This document shows positions 31,116-42,446 of a DNA stretch of 64,000 bases, in pieces; within the stretch, counting starts at the first letter, position 1, and each line of letters begins with the position of its first letter. The notes below the pieces were generated by a model. That model was not told the origin of the DNA, did not search any database, and saw only the letters and a list, made by a program, of their open reading frames with translations. Made by a program: the position numbers and the translations under genes. The DNA is from Candidatus Falkowbacteria bacterium. GTDB taxonomy: Bacteria; Patescibacteriota; Patescibacteriia; UBA11705; JACRDX01. Where the stretch lies: NCBI GenBank assembly GCA_043798985.1, contig JAZDOE010000001.1, positions 309 through 64,308 of the forward strand, in the 5' to 3' direction.

Positions 31116-34100
31116 TTGTTTTTTATGCCAAAAAAAGCCGCGACCGTTAAAACAAGCCGGAAATATTTTACAAAGTCATACTTTTTGGATCTGCCGGACT
31201 TGATAGAGATTCAAAAAAAATCTTATAACAATTTTTTGCGAACAGGGCTGGAGGAATTGTTGCAGGAAATTTCTCCGATAGTTGACGTGTCTGAAAAAGG
31301 GCTTGAGTTGCATATGCAAGATTATTATTTGGACGAGCCGAAATTTGACGAGGTGACGAGCAAGGAAAAGAACATCACATACGAAGCTCCAATTCGCGTT
31401 AAAGCCGTTTTGATAAATAGCAAAACAAAAAAACGCGAGGCGCAGGAAGTTTATCTTGGCGATTTTCCGATTATGACTGATCGCGGAACGTTTATTATCA
31501 ATGGTATTGAACGCGTGGCAGTTTCGCAGATTATTCGATCAGCCGGCGTGTTTTTTACTTCTGATTACATTCGCGAGAAAAACAGATTTTTTTACGGAGC
31601 CAAGGTAATTCCTAACCGCGGAGCATGGCTGGAATTTGAAACTGACGCGAACAACGTTATCTGGGTTAAAATTGATCGTAAAAGAAAAGTCGCGGCAACT
31701 TCGTTGTTGCGAGCGTTTGGCGTGTCCACTGACGAAGATATCAACAAGCTTTTTTCAGGAGTTGATTCTCATCCTGACATAAAATACATTGACGCCACTT
31801 TGGCAAAAGACGCGGCGCATGATCAAGACGAGGGACTGATGGAAATTTATAAAAGGATACGACCGGGAGATTTGGCTACGCCGGAAAACGCGAAGTCATT
31901 GATTTTCGCGATGTTTTTTAATTTTGAACGTTATGATTTTGGACAGGTTGGCAGATATAAAATGAACCAACGGTTTGGCAATGAGTATCCGTTGATAGAA
32001 GAGCACCGCATTTTGAAAGTTGATGATTTGGTTGCGATAATAAAAGAAATAATTCGCTTAAGCATTACGCAATCTGATGCCGATGATATTGATCATCTTG
32101 GCAATCGAAGAGTTCGCGCGATTGGCGAGTTGATTCAGAATCGTTTCCGAATTGGTTTGGCGCGCATGACGCGTATTATTAGAGACAGGATGTCAACAAT
32201 GGATCCTATTTCGCTTACGCCGTCAAAGTTGATAAACGCGCGACCGGTGATTGGTGTTGTCAGGGAGTTTTTCATGTCTTCCCAGCTTTCGCAGTTTATG
32301 GATCAGACAAATCCATTGTCTGAATTGGAGCATAAACGCAGATTGTCAGCAATGGGTCCGGGTGGTTTGTCGCGCGAGCGCGCGAGCTTTGAGGTGCGCG
32401 ACGTACACGCGACTCATTATAGTCGTATATGCCCGATTCAGACGCCAGAAGGTCCGAACATTGGCTTAGTTGGGCATTTAGCAAGCTATGCGCACGTTAA
32501 TGATTTTGGATTTATTGAGGCGCCATTTTTTGCCGTGACACATAAAGTGACGAAAGATATAAAAGATCCAAAAACAAATCAGATTTTATTTAAAAAGGGA
32601 GCAGTGGTTTTGGGTATTGAGTTGGACACATGCTCTGTTGACGATGAAATAATTGCCAGCAGCGTTGAAACAACAATTACAAAAGACGTTAAATATTTAA
32701 CCGCGATTCAGGAGGAAAAATCAATCACAGCTTCTTGCGTTGTGGCATTTGATGAAAACGGAAAATTTTTGGTGGATAAAACAAGCATGCGTTATTATGG
32801 CAAACCATCTATTGATTATGTTTTTAAAATTGACTATTTAGACGTTGCTTCAAATCAAATTGTAAGTATTGCCACTTCATTGATTCCGTTTTTGGAGCAT
32901 GACGATGGCGCCCGCGCGTTAATGGGATCAAACATGCAACGGCAGGCAATTCCGTGTGTGCACCCGCAAGCCCCGCTTGTTGGAACAGGAATTGAGGCAA
33001 AGGCTGCTTATGATTCTGGTCATTTGATTATTGCCGAGGATGATGGAGAGATTGTCAAAGCTGACGCGCAAGAAATTCATTTGTTATCAAAGAAAGGCGT
33101 TTTGTATAAACATAAGCTTCGCAAATACAGCTGTTCAAACGCTTCAACCAGCATTAACCAACGGACATCAATAGAAAATGGAGCAAAGGTTAAGCGCGGT
33201 GAAGTTTTGGCAGATGGCCCTGCGACAGACCGTGGCGAATTGGCGCTTGGGCAAAATTTACTGACAGCGTATATTTGTTGGGAAGGATATAATTATGAAG
33301 ACGCGATAATTTTGTCTGAACGTTTGGTTCACGATGACAGATTTTCGTCTGTGCATATTGAAACATATTCGGTTGATGTTCGCGACACAAAACTTGGCGC
33401 GGAGCAAATAACAGCTGATATTCCAAACATTTCAGAAGAGCGATTAAAGAATTTAGATGCTGATGGCATTGTGCGCATTGGCGCGACAGTTGCGTCGGGC
33501 GATATTTTAGTCGGAAAAATTACGCCAAAAGGCGAAACCGAGTTGTCGCCAGAAGAAAAATTGCTAAAAGCGATTTTTGGTGAAAAAGCGCGCGATGTGC
33601 GCGACACATCTTTGCGACTTGAGCATGGTGAACACGGAAAAGTTGTTGATGTCCGAATTTTTTCGCAGGAAAATGGTGACAGATTGTCTCCCGGCGTGAC
33701 AAAAACTATTCAGGTGACAATTGCCAATCTGCGAAAAGTTCAGGTGGGTGACAAATTGGCAGGAAGACATGGAAACAAGGGCGTTATTTCCAAGATTGTT
33801 CCGGTTGAAGACATTCCATTTTTGGAAGATGGCACGCCGGTTGATATTATTTTGACACCGCTTGGCATTGTGTCTCGTATGAATCTTGGTCAGGTGCTTG
33901 AAACGCATACTGGTTTGGCAATTAAGAAACTTGGATTTACGGTGGCAACTCCGGCGTTTAATGGCATTACTGAAGAAAAAGTTAAAGAATTATTAAAAGA
34001 AGCAGGATATCCGGAAACAGGGCAAATGTATTTGTATAATGGAAAGACTGGCGAAAGATTTGATCGTCCTGCAACTATTGGCTATCACTATGCGATGAAA

Positions 34101-34484
34101 TTGAACCACATGGTTGAAGACAAGATTCACCAGCGTTCAATTGGACCATATTCTTTGATTACTCAACAGCCATTGGGCGGTAAGGCGCAGTTTGGTGGAC
34201 AAAGATTTGGAGAAATGGAAGTCTGGGCGCTTGAGGCTTATGGCGCGGCCCATATGTTGCAGGAAATTTTGACTATTAAGTCTGATGATGTGATTGGCCG
34301 CGCCAAAGCGTATGAGTCAATTATCAAGGGAGATCCAATCCGCAGGCTGAATGTGCCAGAGTCATTTAATGTTTTGGTGCGCGAACTAAAAGGATTAGTT
34401 CTCGAAGTGCTTTTGTTGAAAAATGGCAAGGTCGTTGACATGGACGCAATCGCACAGGCCAGAAATAATGAACAAAAAAGATAA
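31116..34484 (+). CDS. rpoB: DNA-directed RNA polymerase subunit beta
   Basis: 1122 aa with conserved rifampicin-cluster and catalytic regions. Followed directly by rpoC. Confidence 0.97.
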   Translation: MFFMPKKAATVKTSRKYFTKSYFLDLPDLIEIQKKSYNNFLRTGLEELLQEISPIVDVSEKGLELHMQDYYLDEPKFDEVTSKEKNITYEAPIRVKAVLINSKTKKREAQEVYLGDFPIMTDRGTFIINGIERVAVSQIIRSAGVFFTSDYIREKNRFFYGAKVIPNRGAWLEFETDANNVIWVKIDRKRKVAATSLLRAFGVSTDEDINKLFSGVDSHPDIKYIDATLAKDAAHDQDEGLMEIYKRIRPGDLATPENAKSLIFAMFFNFERYDFGQVGRYKMNQRFGNEYPLIEEHRILKVDDLVAIIKEIIRLSITQSDADDIDHLGNRRVRAIGELIQNRFRIGLARMTRIIRDRMSTMDPISLTPSKLINARPVIGVVREFFMSSQLSQFMDQTNPLSELEHKRRLSAMGPGGLSRERASFEVRDVHATHYSRICPIQTPEGPNIGLVGHLASYAHVNDFGFIEAPFFAVTHKVTKDIKDPKTNQILFKKGAVVLGIELDTCSVDDEIIASSVETTITKDVKYLTAIQEEKSITASCVVAFDENGKFLVDKTSMRYYGKPSIDYVFKIDYLDVASNQIVSIATSLIPFLEHDDGARALMGSNMQRQAIPCVHPQAPLVGTGIEAKAAYDSGHLIIAEDDGEIVKADAQEIHLLSKKGVLYKHKLRKYSCSNASTSINQRTSIENGAKVKRGEVLADGPATDRGELALGQNLLTAYICWEGYNYEDAIILSERLVHDDRFSSVHIETYSVDVRDTKLGAEQITADIPNISEERLKNLDADGIVRIGATVASGDILVGKITPKGETELSPEEKLLKAIFGEKARDVRDTSLRLEHGEHGKVVDVRIFSQENGDRLSPGVTKTIQVTIANLRKVQVGDKLAGRHGNKGVISKIVPVEDIPFLEDGTPVDIILTPLGIVSRMNLGQVLETHTGLAIKKLGFTVATPAFNGITEEKVKELLKEAGYPETGQMYLYNGKTGERFDRPATIGYHYAMKLNHMVEDKIHQRSIGPYSLITQQPLGGKAQFGGQRFGEMEVWALEAYGAAHMLQEILTIKSDDVIGRAKAYESIIKGDPIRRLNVPESFNVLVRELKGLVLEVLLLKNGKVVDMDAIAQARNNEQKR

Positions 34485-34498
34485 ATTAATATATTCAT

Positions 34499-37400
34499 AT
34501 GGCAGAATTAAAAATAAATGACTTTGACTCAATTGCGGTTAAGCTTGCGTCGCCAGATCAAATTCTTGGCTGGTCGCACGGCGAAATCTTGCGGCCGGAA
34601 ACTATTAATTACCGCACGCAAAGGCCGGAAAAAGACGGATTGTTTTGTGAGAAAATTTTTGGACCGACAAAAGACTGGGAGTGCTATTGCGGTAAGTACA
34701 AAAAAATTCGTTACAAAGGAATCGTTTGCGACAAGTGCGGAGTTGAGGTGACACGCGCCATTGTAAGACGTGAACGAATGGGGCACATTACTTTGGCCAC
34801 GCCTGTTTCGCACATTTGGTTTTTGCGCGGTGTTCCGTCAAAAGTCGGTTTGATTTTGGATATTTCCGTGCAAAAGCTTGAAAAAGTTATTTACTTTGCC
34901 AATTTTATAATCATGGACGTTGATCAGCAAGCAAAGGATGAGGAAATTGAAAATTTGAAAAAAGAATTTATCACTCAGCAAAAAACATTGGACAATCAGC
35001 TCAAACAAAAAGTGAGCGCTGTGACGAATAACAATTCAATCCCTAACGCTGATAAGACGGCGGCCATTGTAAAATTGAATCAGGAAATAGAGCAGGAAAA
35101 AACTGATCTTGAAAAACGTTATCAGGAAGAAGATAAAACATTGAAACGTCTTCGTCCGTTGGAGCTTTTGGCAGAGACGACGTTTCAGGATTTATCTTTG
35201 AAATATGGCCATGTGTTTGAGGCTGGTATTGGCGCCGCGGCTGTCCGAAAGCTTTTGGAAAAAGTTGATGTTGAGCAAGAAGTTAAAATAATGGAAAAGC
35301 ATATTAAGAATGACAATGTTGGCGGTGAAAAGAAAATAGTGAACCGTTTGAAATTGTTGCGCAATTTGAAACGAAATAAAATTCGGCCGGAATGGATGAT
35401 TTTGTCCGTTGTTCCGGTTATTCCGCCGGATTTACGGCCAATGGTTCCATTGGATGGCGGCCGCTACGCGACGTCAGATTTGAATGATTTATATCGCAGA
35501 GTTTTGTCGCGCAATAATCGTTTGAAAAAATTATTGGAATTAAACGCGCCAGAGGTGATTTGTCGCAATGAACGCAGAATGTTGCAGGAGGCTGTTGACG
35601 CGTTGATTGACAATTCGGCGCGACATACAAAAGCCGTCGCCGCAACCATGCAAAAGCGGCCGCTAAAATCTTTGGCAGATTATTTGAAAGGCAAGCAAGG
35701 TCGATTTCGTCAGAATTTGCTTGGCAAACGCACGGATTATTCTGGCCGCAGTGTAATCGTTGTTGGTCCGCATTTGAAATTGCATCAATGCGGTTTGCCA
35801 AAAACAATGGCAATTGAACTTTTTAAACCATTTATTATCAGCCGATTAATTCGCGATGGGTTTGTCCATAATATTCGCAGCGCCAATCGTTTTATTGAAC
35901 TGGATCGGCCAGAAGTTTGGGATATTTTGGAAGATGTTGTTAAGGATTCGCACGTGTTATTGAACCGCGCGCCAACATTGCACAGACTTGGCATTCAGGC
36001 GTTTCAGCCGATTTTGGTGGAAGGCAAAGCCATTCAATTGCATCCATTGGTTTGCACTGCGTTTAACGCTGACTTTGACGGCGACCAAATGGCAGTGCAT
36101 TTGCCATTGACCGAAGAAGCTAAGTTGGAAGCAAAGGAATTGATGAGATCAACAAAAAATCTTTTGAAACCAGCGACCGGCCAGTCAATCGTCACGCCAT
36201 CAAAAGACATGATTTGGGGCATTTATTACGTGACGTCTGTAAAAGATGAAAACGCAGAGCCTAAAAAATATTTTGCATCTATTCAGGAGGCGAAAATCGC
36301 GTATGATTTACGTAAGATAACGTTGCGCGACATTATTGCCGTGAGAGTTATTGACGAAGAGTTGAAGAAAAAATGCAAAGATGAAAAATATTTAAAAACA
36401 ACGTTAGGCAGAATTATCTTCAATAAGATTTTGCCGGAAAAGTTGGCGTTTTATAACGCTGTTATTGAGAAAAAGCGGTTCGCTGAAATAATTCAGGGCT
36501 TGTTTGAACATTATGATTTTGAAACCGTTGCGGTTGTGCTGGATGATATTAAAGATTTTGGTTTTAAGCAGCTTACAAAGTCTGGATTTTCATGGGGCAT
36601 GTCAGATTTGCCGGTTATTAAAGAAAAGCAGCCATTGATTGAGGAAGGAAATCGGTTGGTGGATGAAATTGAAAATCAATATGAAGATGGTTTGCTTACT
36701 GCTGACGAGCGGTACACAAAAATTATTGAAACATGGACAGTCATAAAAGATAAAATCGCGGCAGTTAGTAAGCAATATCTGGATACGCAGGGACCGGTTT
36801 ATTCAATGATTGATTCTGGCGCGCGCGGTTCATGGGCACAGCTGATCCAGATGCTTGGAATGAAGGGTTTGGTGATTAATCCTGCCGGACAAATTATTGA
36901 ATTGCCGGTTAAGGCGAATTTTAAAGAAGGGTTTAATGTGCTGGAATATTACATTTCAACGCATGGAACGCGTAAAGGTTTGACTGATACTGCTTTGCGC
37001 ACGGCAAACTCTGGATATCTTACCCGTCGCTTGGTTGATGTAGCGCAAGAGGTGATGGTTTTGAAGGATGATTGCGGAGACATTGATGGATTTTTGGTGA
37101 CTCGTAAAGACGCTGAATCGTGCGGACAAAAGTTTTTTGAACGCATTGTTGGCCGGTATACGGTTCGCGACATTATTTTACCAAAAACACGCAAGCCGCT
37201 CGTGAAAGCAGGCGAGATGATTGTAGCGGATTTTGCGAAAAAGATTGACAAGGAACTTGGAGTTGAAGATGTTTTGATTCGCTCGGCGCTTTCCTGCAAA
37301 TTGAAAAAAGGAATCTGCCAAAAATGTTATGGCATTGACCTCGCTTACAACAAGCTGGTTGAGATTGGAACGGCGGTTGGTGTAATCGCGGCGCAAAGTA

Positions 37401-38434
37401 TTGGTGAGCCTGGCACGCAGCTTACAATGAGAACTTTTCATACCGGTGGCGTGGCTGGTGTTGATATTACGCAGGGTTTGCCGCGCGTTGAGGAAATTTT
37501 TGAAGTCAGACCGCCAAAGAAAAAAGCATTGATGAGCGAGGTTGAGGGTAATGTTGATATTCAGGAAGTCCCGCGCGTGATTCAAGGCACAAAAGGTGAA
37601 ATAGTGGCGCGCACTTCTTTTGGTGAAAAGATTTTGAAGATTAGATTTATTGATAAAGAAAAAGAAGCATTCCAAATGCCGGAAAGCGCGAAATTAAAAG
37701 TCAAAGTCGGAGAGAGCGTTTTGCCGGGCACAGTGATTTTCGTCACAGCTGATAAACACAAAATAAAGAACAAACAAACTGGCATTGTGCAGATTGATGG
37801 TAATAAAATAGAAATTTCCGGCGAACGCGATGCGGAAAAAGAATATCTAATTCCAGCTGGCACTGTGCTTTGGGTAAAAAATGGTGATTATGTTTATGCT
37901 GGCGATCAGCTTACAGAAGGCAGCCTTGATTTGCAGCAGCTTTATAAATTAAAGAGCAAGGAAGCTGTGCAAAAGTATATTTTGAAAGAAATTCAATCTA
38001 TTTATACTTCACAAGGTCAGAAGCTGAACGAAAAGCACATTGAGATTATTATCAAGCAGTTGTTCTCTCGCGTGTATGTTAAAAATGCAGGTGACACCGA
38101 GTTGCTGGAAGGCGAAATCGTTTGCAAATCTGAATTTTTGGACGCGAATGACCGTGTCGGAAAAGGTGCTTTGGCAGAAGGCGAGGATGTTTTACTTGGA
38201 ATTACCAGAGTCGCGTTGACCACCGGTAGCTTTTTGGCAGCGGCCTCATTTCAAGAGACTGCTCGCGTACTTATCAACGCCGCGCTTAGCGCTAAAGCAG
38301 ACGGGTTGGAAGGGCTGAAAGAAAACGTTATTATCGGCCGTTTGATTCCAGCTGGTACTGGTTTTCACAAGCATGGCATTTCTGACCGCGAGGTTGAGGA
38401 ACCGGTTGAAGAAAAAGCGGCGCCAGAAGTTTAA
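34499..38434 (+). CDS. rpoC: DNA-directed RNA polymerase subunit beta'
   Basis: N-terminal zinc finger CYCGKYKKIRYKGIVCDKCG and the catalytic NADFDGDQM motif. 1311 aa. Confidence 0.97.
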   Translation: MAELKINDFDSIAVKLASPDQILGWSHGEILRPETINYRTQRPEKDGLFCEKIFGPTKDWECYCGKYKKIRYKGIVCDKCGVEVTRAIVRRERMGHITLATPVSHIWFLRGVPSKVGLILDISVQKLEKVIYFANFIIMDVDQQAKDEEIENLKKEFITQQKTLDNQLKQKVSAVTNNNSIPNADKTAAIVKLNQEIEQEKTDLEKRYQEEDKTLKRLRPLELLAETTFQDLSLKYGHVFEAGIGAAAVRKLLEKVDVEQEVKIMEKHIKNDNVGGEKKIVNRLKLLRNLKRNKIRPEWMILSVVPVIPPDLRPMVPLDGGRYATSDLNDLYRRVLSRNNRLKKLLELNAPEVICRNERRMLQEAVDALIDNSARHTKAVAATMQKRPLKSLADYLKGKQGRFRQNLLGKRTDYSGRSVIVVGPHLKLHQCGLPKTMAIELFKPFIISRLIRDGFVHNIRSANRFIELDRPEVWDILEDVVKDSHVLLNRAPTLHRLGIQAFQPILVEGKAIQLHPLVCTAFNADFDGDQMAVHLPLTEEAKLEAKELMRSTKNLLKPATGQSIVTPSKDMIWGIYYVTSVKDENAEPKKYFASIQEAKIAYDLRKITLRDIIAVRVIDEELKKKCKDEKYLKTTLGRIIFNKILPEKLAFYNAVIEKKRFAEIIQGLFEHYDFETVAVVLDDIKDFGFKQLTKSGFSWGMSDLPVIKEKQPLIEEGNRLVDEIENQYEDGLLTADERYTKIIETWTVIKDKIAAVSKQYLDTQGPVYSMIDSGARGSWAQLIQMLGMKGLVINPAGQIIELPVKANFKEGFNVLEYYISTHGTRKGLTDTALRTANSGYLTRRLVDVAQEVMVLKDDCGDIDGFLVTRKDAESCGQKFFERIVGRYTVRDIILPKTRKPLVKAGEMIVADFAKKIDKELGVEDVLIRSALSCKLKKGICQKCYGIDLAYNKLVEIGTAVGVIAAQSIGEPGTQLTMRTFHTGGVAGVDITQGLPRVEEIFEVRPPKKKALMSEVEGNVDIQEVPRVIQGTKGEIVARTSFGEKILKIRFIDKEKEAFQMPESAKLKVKVGESVLPGTVIFVTADKHKIKNKQTGIVQIDGNKIEISGERDAEKEYLIPAGTVLWVKNGDYVYAGDQLTEGSLDLQQLYKLKSKEAVQKYILKEIQSIYTSQGQKLNEKHIEIIIKQLFSRVYVKNAGDTELLEGEIVCKSEFLDANDRVGKGALAEGEDVLLGITRVALTTGSFLAAASFQETARVLINAALSAKADGLEGLKENVIIGRLIPAGTGFHKHGISDREVEEPVEEKAAPEV

Positions 38435-38442
38435 TTTAAGTT

Positions 38443-40284
38443 ATGCGCAAAAATTTGTTTAAAAATATTTTGATATTCGCGGCAGCGCTTTTAGTAATCA
38501 GCAGTTTGTTCAGCTTATACGAGGTGCAAAGCGAAAAGCCTAAGGCAATCGGCGTTCCGGCGCTTGTGCAACAAATTAATAATGCGGAAGTTTCTAAGAT
38601 AGAGATAACTGACAGGTCGCTGGATGTTGTTTTAAAAAATGATGAGAAAGAAACAATCGCGAAAGAAGCTGGCGACACATTTTCTGACTTGATAAAAAAT
38701 TACCAGGTTGATCCTGCCAAATTGGCAGGCGTGGAAGTGGTTGTCAAACAAGAATCAGGCGCCGCGTTTTGGGTGAATGTTTTGGCGCCGATCCTTTTGC
38801 CATTGCTGTTGATTATTGGTTTTATATGGTTTATGACTCGGCAGGTGCAAGGCGCGAATATGCAGGCAATGAATTTTGGCAGAAGCCGCGCGCGCGAAAT
38901 GAAAAAGGGGCAGGTTGGCAATGAAATTGTCACGTTTAAAGATGTTGCTGGCGTTAAAGAAGCAAAAGAAGAATTGCAGGAAATAGTGGAGTTTTTAAAA
39001 CATCCTAAAAAGTTTTTAAAATTGGGCGCGAAAATTCCGCGAGGAGTTTTACTGCTCGGCGCGCCGGGAACAGGTAAAACATTGTTGGCGCGCGCTGTGG
39101 CCGGCGAAGCCGGCGTCCAGTTTTTCAGCATTTCCGGTTCAGAGTTTGTTGAAATGTTTGTTGGCGTTGGAGCGTCTCGCGTGCGAGATTTATTCGCGCG
39201 CGCGAAAAAAAGCGCGCCGTGCATATTGTTTATTGATGAAATAGACGCCGTAGGCCGTCAGCGCGGCGCCGGATTGGGCGGCTCGCACGATGAACGCGAG
39301 CAAACGTTAAATCAGATTTTGGTTGAAATGGACGGGTTTGATCCAACCACAAATTTGATCGTGCTCGCCGCGACAAACAGACCAGATGTTTTGGATCCGG
39401 CTTTATTGCGGCCCGGCCGCTTTGACCGCCGCGTGTTTTTGGATTTGCCGGACATAAATGACCGCGAGGCCATACTGAAAGTTCACGCGCGCAAAAAGCC
39501 GCTGACAGCTGACGCGAATTTGCGCCATGTGGCCGAGCGGACGCCCGGATTTTCCGGCGCTGATTTGGCAAATGTTTTGAATGAAGCCGCGATTTTGACC
39601 GCGCGACGTGACAAAAATAAAATCGGCGAAATTGAAATTTTGGAAAGTATTGAAAAAGTTTTGCTTGGGCCAGAGCGGCAAAGTTGTTTATTGAGCCAAG
39701 ATGAGAAAAAGGTGACTGCGTATCACGAGGCAGGGCACGCGCTTGTCGCGCACATGATGCCGCACGCTGATCCTGTTCACAAAATTTCAATTGTGTCGCG
39801 CGGCAGAGTAGCTGGCTTTACTTTGAATTTGCCGGAAATAGAGCGCAGGCTGCATCGCAAGTCAGAGTTTTTGGATGATTTGGCTGTTTTGCTGGCAGGC
39901 TATGTGACGGAAAAAGAAATTTTTCACGAGGTGACAACTGGTGCTGGAGATGATTTGCGAAAAGCCACGGAATTGAGTCGTGATTTAATCACGCAGTATG
40001 GGATGAGCGATACGCTGTCTCCGCGAATTTACGGTGGCAGAGAAGAAATGATATTTTTGGGACGCGATATTCGCGAGCAGAGAAATTACAGCGAGCGCGT
40101 GGCTGAACAAATTGATTCTGAAATTGATAAATTGATGACTGAAGCAGCTGCGCGAGCGAAAGTGGTTATCAACGAAAATAAAGATCGGCTGGAAAATATC
40201 GTTAAGGTTTTGTTGGAAAAGGAAACAATTGAAAAAGATGAGTTTGTCCAAGTGGTTGGAATTCCAAAGCCAAGCAGGACGTAA
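38443..40284 (+). CDS. ftsH: ATP-dependent zinc metalloprotease FtsH
   Basis: Two TM helices, AAA+ Walker A GPPGTGKT (here GAPGTGKT), the SRH, and the zinc motif HEAGHA. Confidence 0.95.
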   Translation: MRKNLFKNILIFAAALLVISSLFSLYEVQSEKPKAIGVPALVQQINNAEVSKIEITDRSLDVVLKNDEKETIAKEAGDTFSDLIKNYQVDPAKLAGVEVVVKQESGAAFWVNVLAPILLPLLLIIGFIWFMTRQVQGANMQAMNFGRSRAREMKKGQVGNEIVTFKDVAGVKEAKEELQEIVEFLKHPKKFLKLGAKIPRGVLLLGAPGTGKTLLARAVAGEAGVQFFSISGSEFVEMFVGVGASRVRDLFARAKKSAPCILFIDEIDAVGRQRGAGLGGSHDEREQTLNQILVEMDGFDPTTNLIVLAATNRPDVLDPALLRPGRFDRRVFLDLPDINDREAILKVHARKKPLTADANLRHVAERTPGFSGADLANVLNEAAILTARRDKNKIGEIEILESIEKVLLGPERQSCLLSQDEKKVTAYHEAGHALVAHMMPHADPVHKISIVSRGRVAGFTLNLPEIERRLHRKSEFLDDLAVLLAGYVTEKEIFHEVTTGAGDDLRKATELSRDLITQYGMSDTLSPRIYGGREEMIFLGRDIREQRNYSERVAEQIDSEIDKLMTEAAARAKVVINENKDRLENIVKVLLEKETIEKDEFVQVVGIPKPSRT

Positions 40285-40346
40285 ATGCCCCGCATTTTAT
40301 CTGTAAAGTACGAAATGATTGCGGGGTCCCGCCATCGAGGCGGGAT

Positions 40347-40371
40347 AGAGACGAGGCATTGCCTCGTCTCT
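40347..40371. repeat. Perfect 25-bp palindrome agagacgaggcattgcctcgtctct. GTAGAGACG family, downstream of ftsH and upstream of island B.
   Basis: Reverse complement is identical apart from the central base. An adjacent hairpin cccgcc-atcgag-gcggg lies immediately upstream. Confidence 0.8.
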
Positions 40372-40487
40372 TGGGTTTGCGCGACGGTTGACAAAAAGTA
40401 AGGTCTGATGTAAGATGATTTTGCTGTGGTAAAACCATTTGGTTCAGACCCGCCAGCGTTTAGTTCTTTCAAAGAGGAGCAACTACC

Positions 40488-41306
40488 ATGAGTAGAACAA
40501 CCTCGCAGGACTCGGGTTTCCCGGGATGGTATGTCACGTTTCAGACCGCTGCGTTGAATCAACTGCCGCGTCCGCCAGAGCTGGATCAGGTGACAGCAGA
40601 AGGGTGGATCAAGAACCAAGGCGCGCTGAAAAAGGTGCTTGCCGAAGATTTGCTGCCGCCAACGCTGAAGAAGACGATGGCGGAGCGGGTGGGGGGCGAG
40701 CTGGCAAGTGAAATTCTGGGCAAGGATTTCATCAACGCGGCAGAGATTGAGGCGGCGTTTAGGATGAAGTACGAGGCAGAACAGCTGGCAATGCTGGAAG
40801 ATTCGATGCCGTCGGAAGAAGTCCTGCGGTGGATGGCGGCAAACGAGTACATGCTCGTGGCGAAGCCACCGACAGAAATGTCGTTGCTGGATGTTCGGGC
40901 GGAGAAGCGTGAGCTGTTTTACAGCAAGACCGATGACGGATGGTATTGCAAGCAGGAGCAGACGTTTGCGCGCGATGACAAGACCAGCGCAGGGTGGCTT
41001 GCACTGCGCAAGACAATAGTGCCGAATTCGCAGAGCAAGACATGGGAAGAGCAGCAGAAGCTGCTGACCAAGGACGAGAGAGTGCCGAACGCGGCAGAGG
41101 TAGCGTGGGGAGTGATTGCGTACAAGGCGGTGAGAAACGTGTTTCTCTTGCCCACGATGTACGCGCGGACAAGTTCCGTGTCTGCCCTTGGTTTTCATGT
41201 GGATGTCGGTGGTTTTGTTGTTGCCGGCTTAGATGTCTGCGTCTGGTTTGACTGTTACGTTGGTCGCCTCGGCTTGGCGGGCGCGCGCCTGCCTACCGTC
41301 AGGTAG
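40488..41306 (+). CDS. Hypothetical protein, high-GC island 'B', paralog of the 15870..16673 product
   Basis: About 58% GC. Own TTGACA-17-TAAGAT promoter (40389-40417). Alignable with island A over several segments. Gly-rich hydrophobic C-terminus. Confidence 0.6.
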   Translation: MSRTTSQDSGFPGWYVTFQTAALNQLPRPPELDQVTAEGWIKNQGALKKVLAEDLLPPTLKKTMAERVGGELASEILGKDFINAAEIEAAFRMKYEAEQLAMLEDSMPSEEVLRWMAANEYMLVAKPPTEMSLLDVRAEKRELFYSKTDDGWYCKQEQTFARDDKTSAGWLALRKTIVPNSQSKTWEEQQKLLTKDERVPNAAEVAWGVIAYKAVRNVFLLPTMYARTSSVSALGFHVDVGGFVVAGLDVCVWFDCYVGRLGLAGARLPTVR

Positions 41307-41422
41307 GGAAGTTCTAGTTTCTACTTGACTTTTTGAGTTTTTTGATGCTTTGTGGGTATTCGCAACGCGGATACTCCTTTTTTTTGATTTTGTGGTATAA
41401 TAAAACAAACTAAAAAACAAAT

Positions 41423-42436
41423 ATGAAAAAGTTTTATCGTTTAGTTTTGGGTCGCGCGTTGTGGATCGTCTGGCAATATAAGTGGCTGTGGCCATTGGGC
41501 TTGGCCGCGGTTTTTGTTTCAGCTGGAAGCATCTATGATTTTTTGCTACGAATTTTTGACAATTTACTTTCAGGCGTGTCGCCTGTTTTCAGCGTAATGG
41601 AATATTGGAGTACCAACTTGTTTAGTTGGATGAGCTTGTTAAGCGTGAGCGCGTGGTTGGGCGGGACTGGCCCATTGTGGATGGAAATTTTGATGGGATT
41701 TTTGGTCATTGTTTGTTTGCTGGTAGTTTTGGTTTTGGCAATTATCTGCCAAGTGGGTTTGATCAAAAGCGTCATTTCGTTGGACAAAGCAAAGCGAATC
41801 ACGCCAAATCAAGCGATTCAATCTGGCGTCAAATTGTTTTGGCCGGCATTAAAATTCAATATTTTGTCCAAAGTATTTTTGATCGCGTTGCTGTTTGGTT
41901 TTTCGTGGATGATCAGTTTGGTTGTGTTGGATAATTCATTGTTAAGTCTCGCGATGTATGCCGCGGCATTTGTCGTTTTGGTAATCGCGGTCATAGTCGT
42001 GCATTTCATTACAGTTTTTGGAATCGCCAGTTTGGTTTTAAAAAAGACCGACGTTGTTCACGCGGTCAAAAACGCGTTTCGGTTGTTTTCAAAAAATATC
42101 GTGCTGAACTTGGAAATGGGGTTGATACTTTTTTGTATAAATGTTGTCGTGGGAATGGCAGGCATTATCGCGATAATTGTGGTTGAGGCGCCATTGATTT
42201 TGGTTTATATGTTGGCAACGTTGTTGTCTTGGAATTTGTTGGCGCTAATATTTTCAGCTTTAATGTTAATCGTGTTTGTGTGCGTTTTGCTTGTTTTGGT
42301 CGCATGGTTGTCAACGTTCCAGCTTGCGTCGTGGGTGATTTTGTTTGACGAGTTAGAGGCAAATCGCGGTGAGGCAAAAGTTTCGCGGCTGACCGCGCAC
42401 TTAATCAAACGGCTGATTGGTAGGAAAAAGAAATAA
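41423..42436 (+). CDS. Hypothetical polytopic membrane protein
   Basis: 337 aa with about 8 predicted TM helices. Low GC like the host. Confidence 0.5.
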   Translation: MKKFYRLVLGRALWIVWQYKWLWPLGLAAVFVSAGSIYDFLLRIFDNLLSGVSPVFSVMEYWSTNLFSWMSLLSVSAWLGGTGPLWMEILMGFLVIVCLLVVLVLAIICQVGLIKSVISLDKAKRITPNQAIQSGVKLFWPALKFNILSKVFLIALLFGFSWMISLVVLDNSLLSLAMYAAAFVVLVIAVIVVHFITVFGIASLVLKKTDVVHAVKNAFRLFSKNIVLNLEMGLILFCINVVVGMAGIIAIIVVEAPLILVYMLATLLSWNLLALIFSALMLIVFVCVLLVLVAWLSTFQLASWVILFDELEANRGEAKVSRLTAHLIKRLIGRKKK

Positions 42437-42446
42437 GGTTGCTCGT

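Noticed and set aside
40086-41198. 370-aa minus-strand ORF overlapping island B, and similar long antisense ORFs over ftsH (39230-39790) and island D
   Set aside because: High-GC sequence produces long stop-free antisense frames by chance. There is no RBS or promoter, and the sense-strand genes are well supported.
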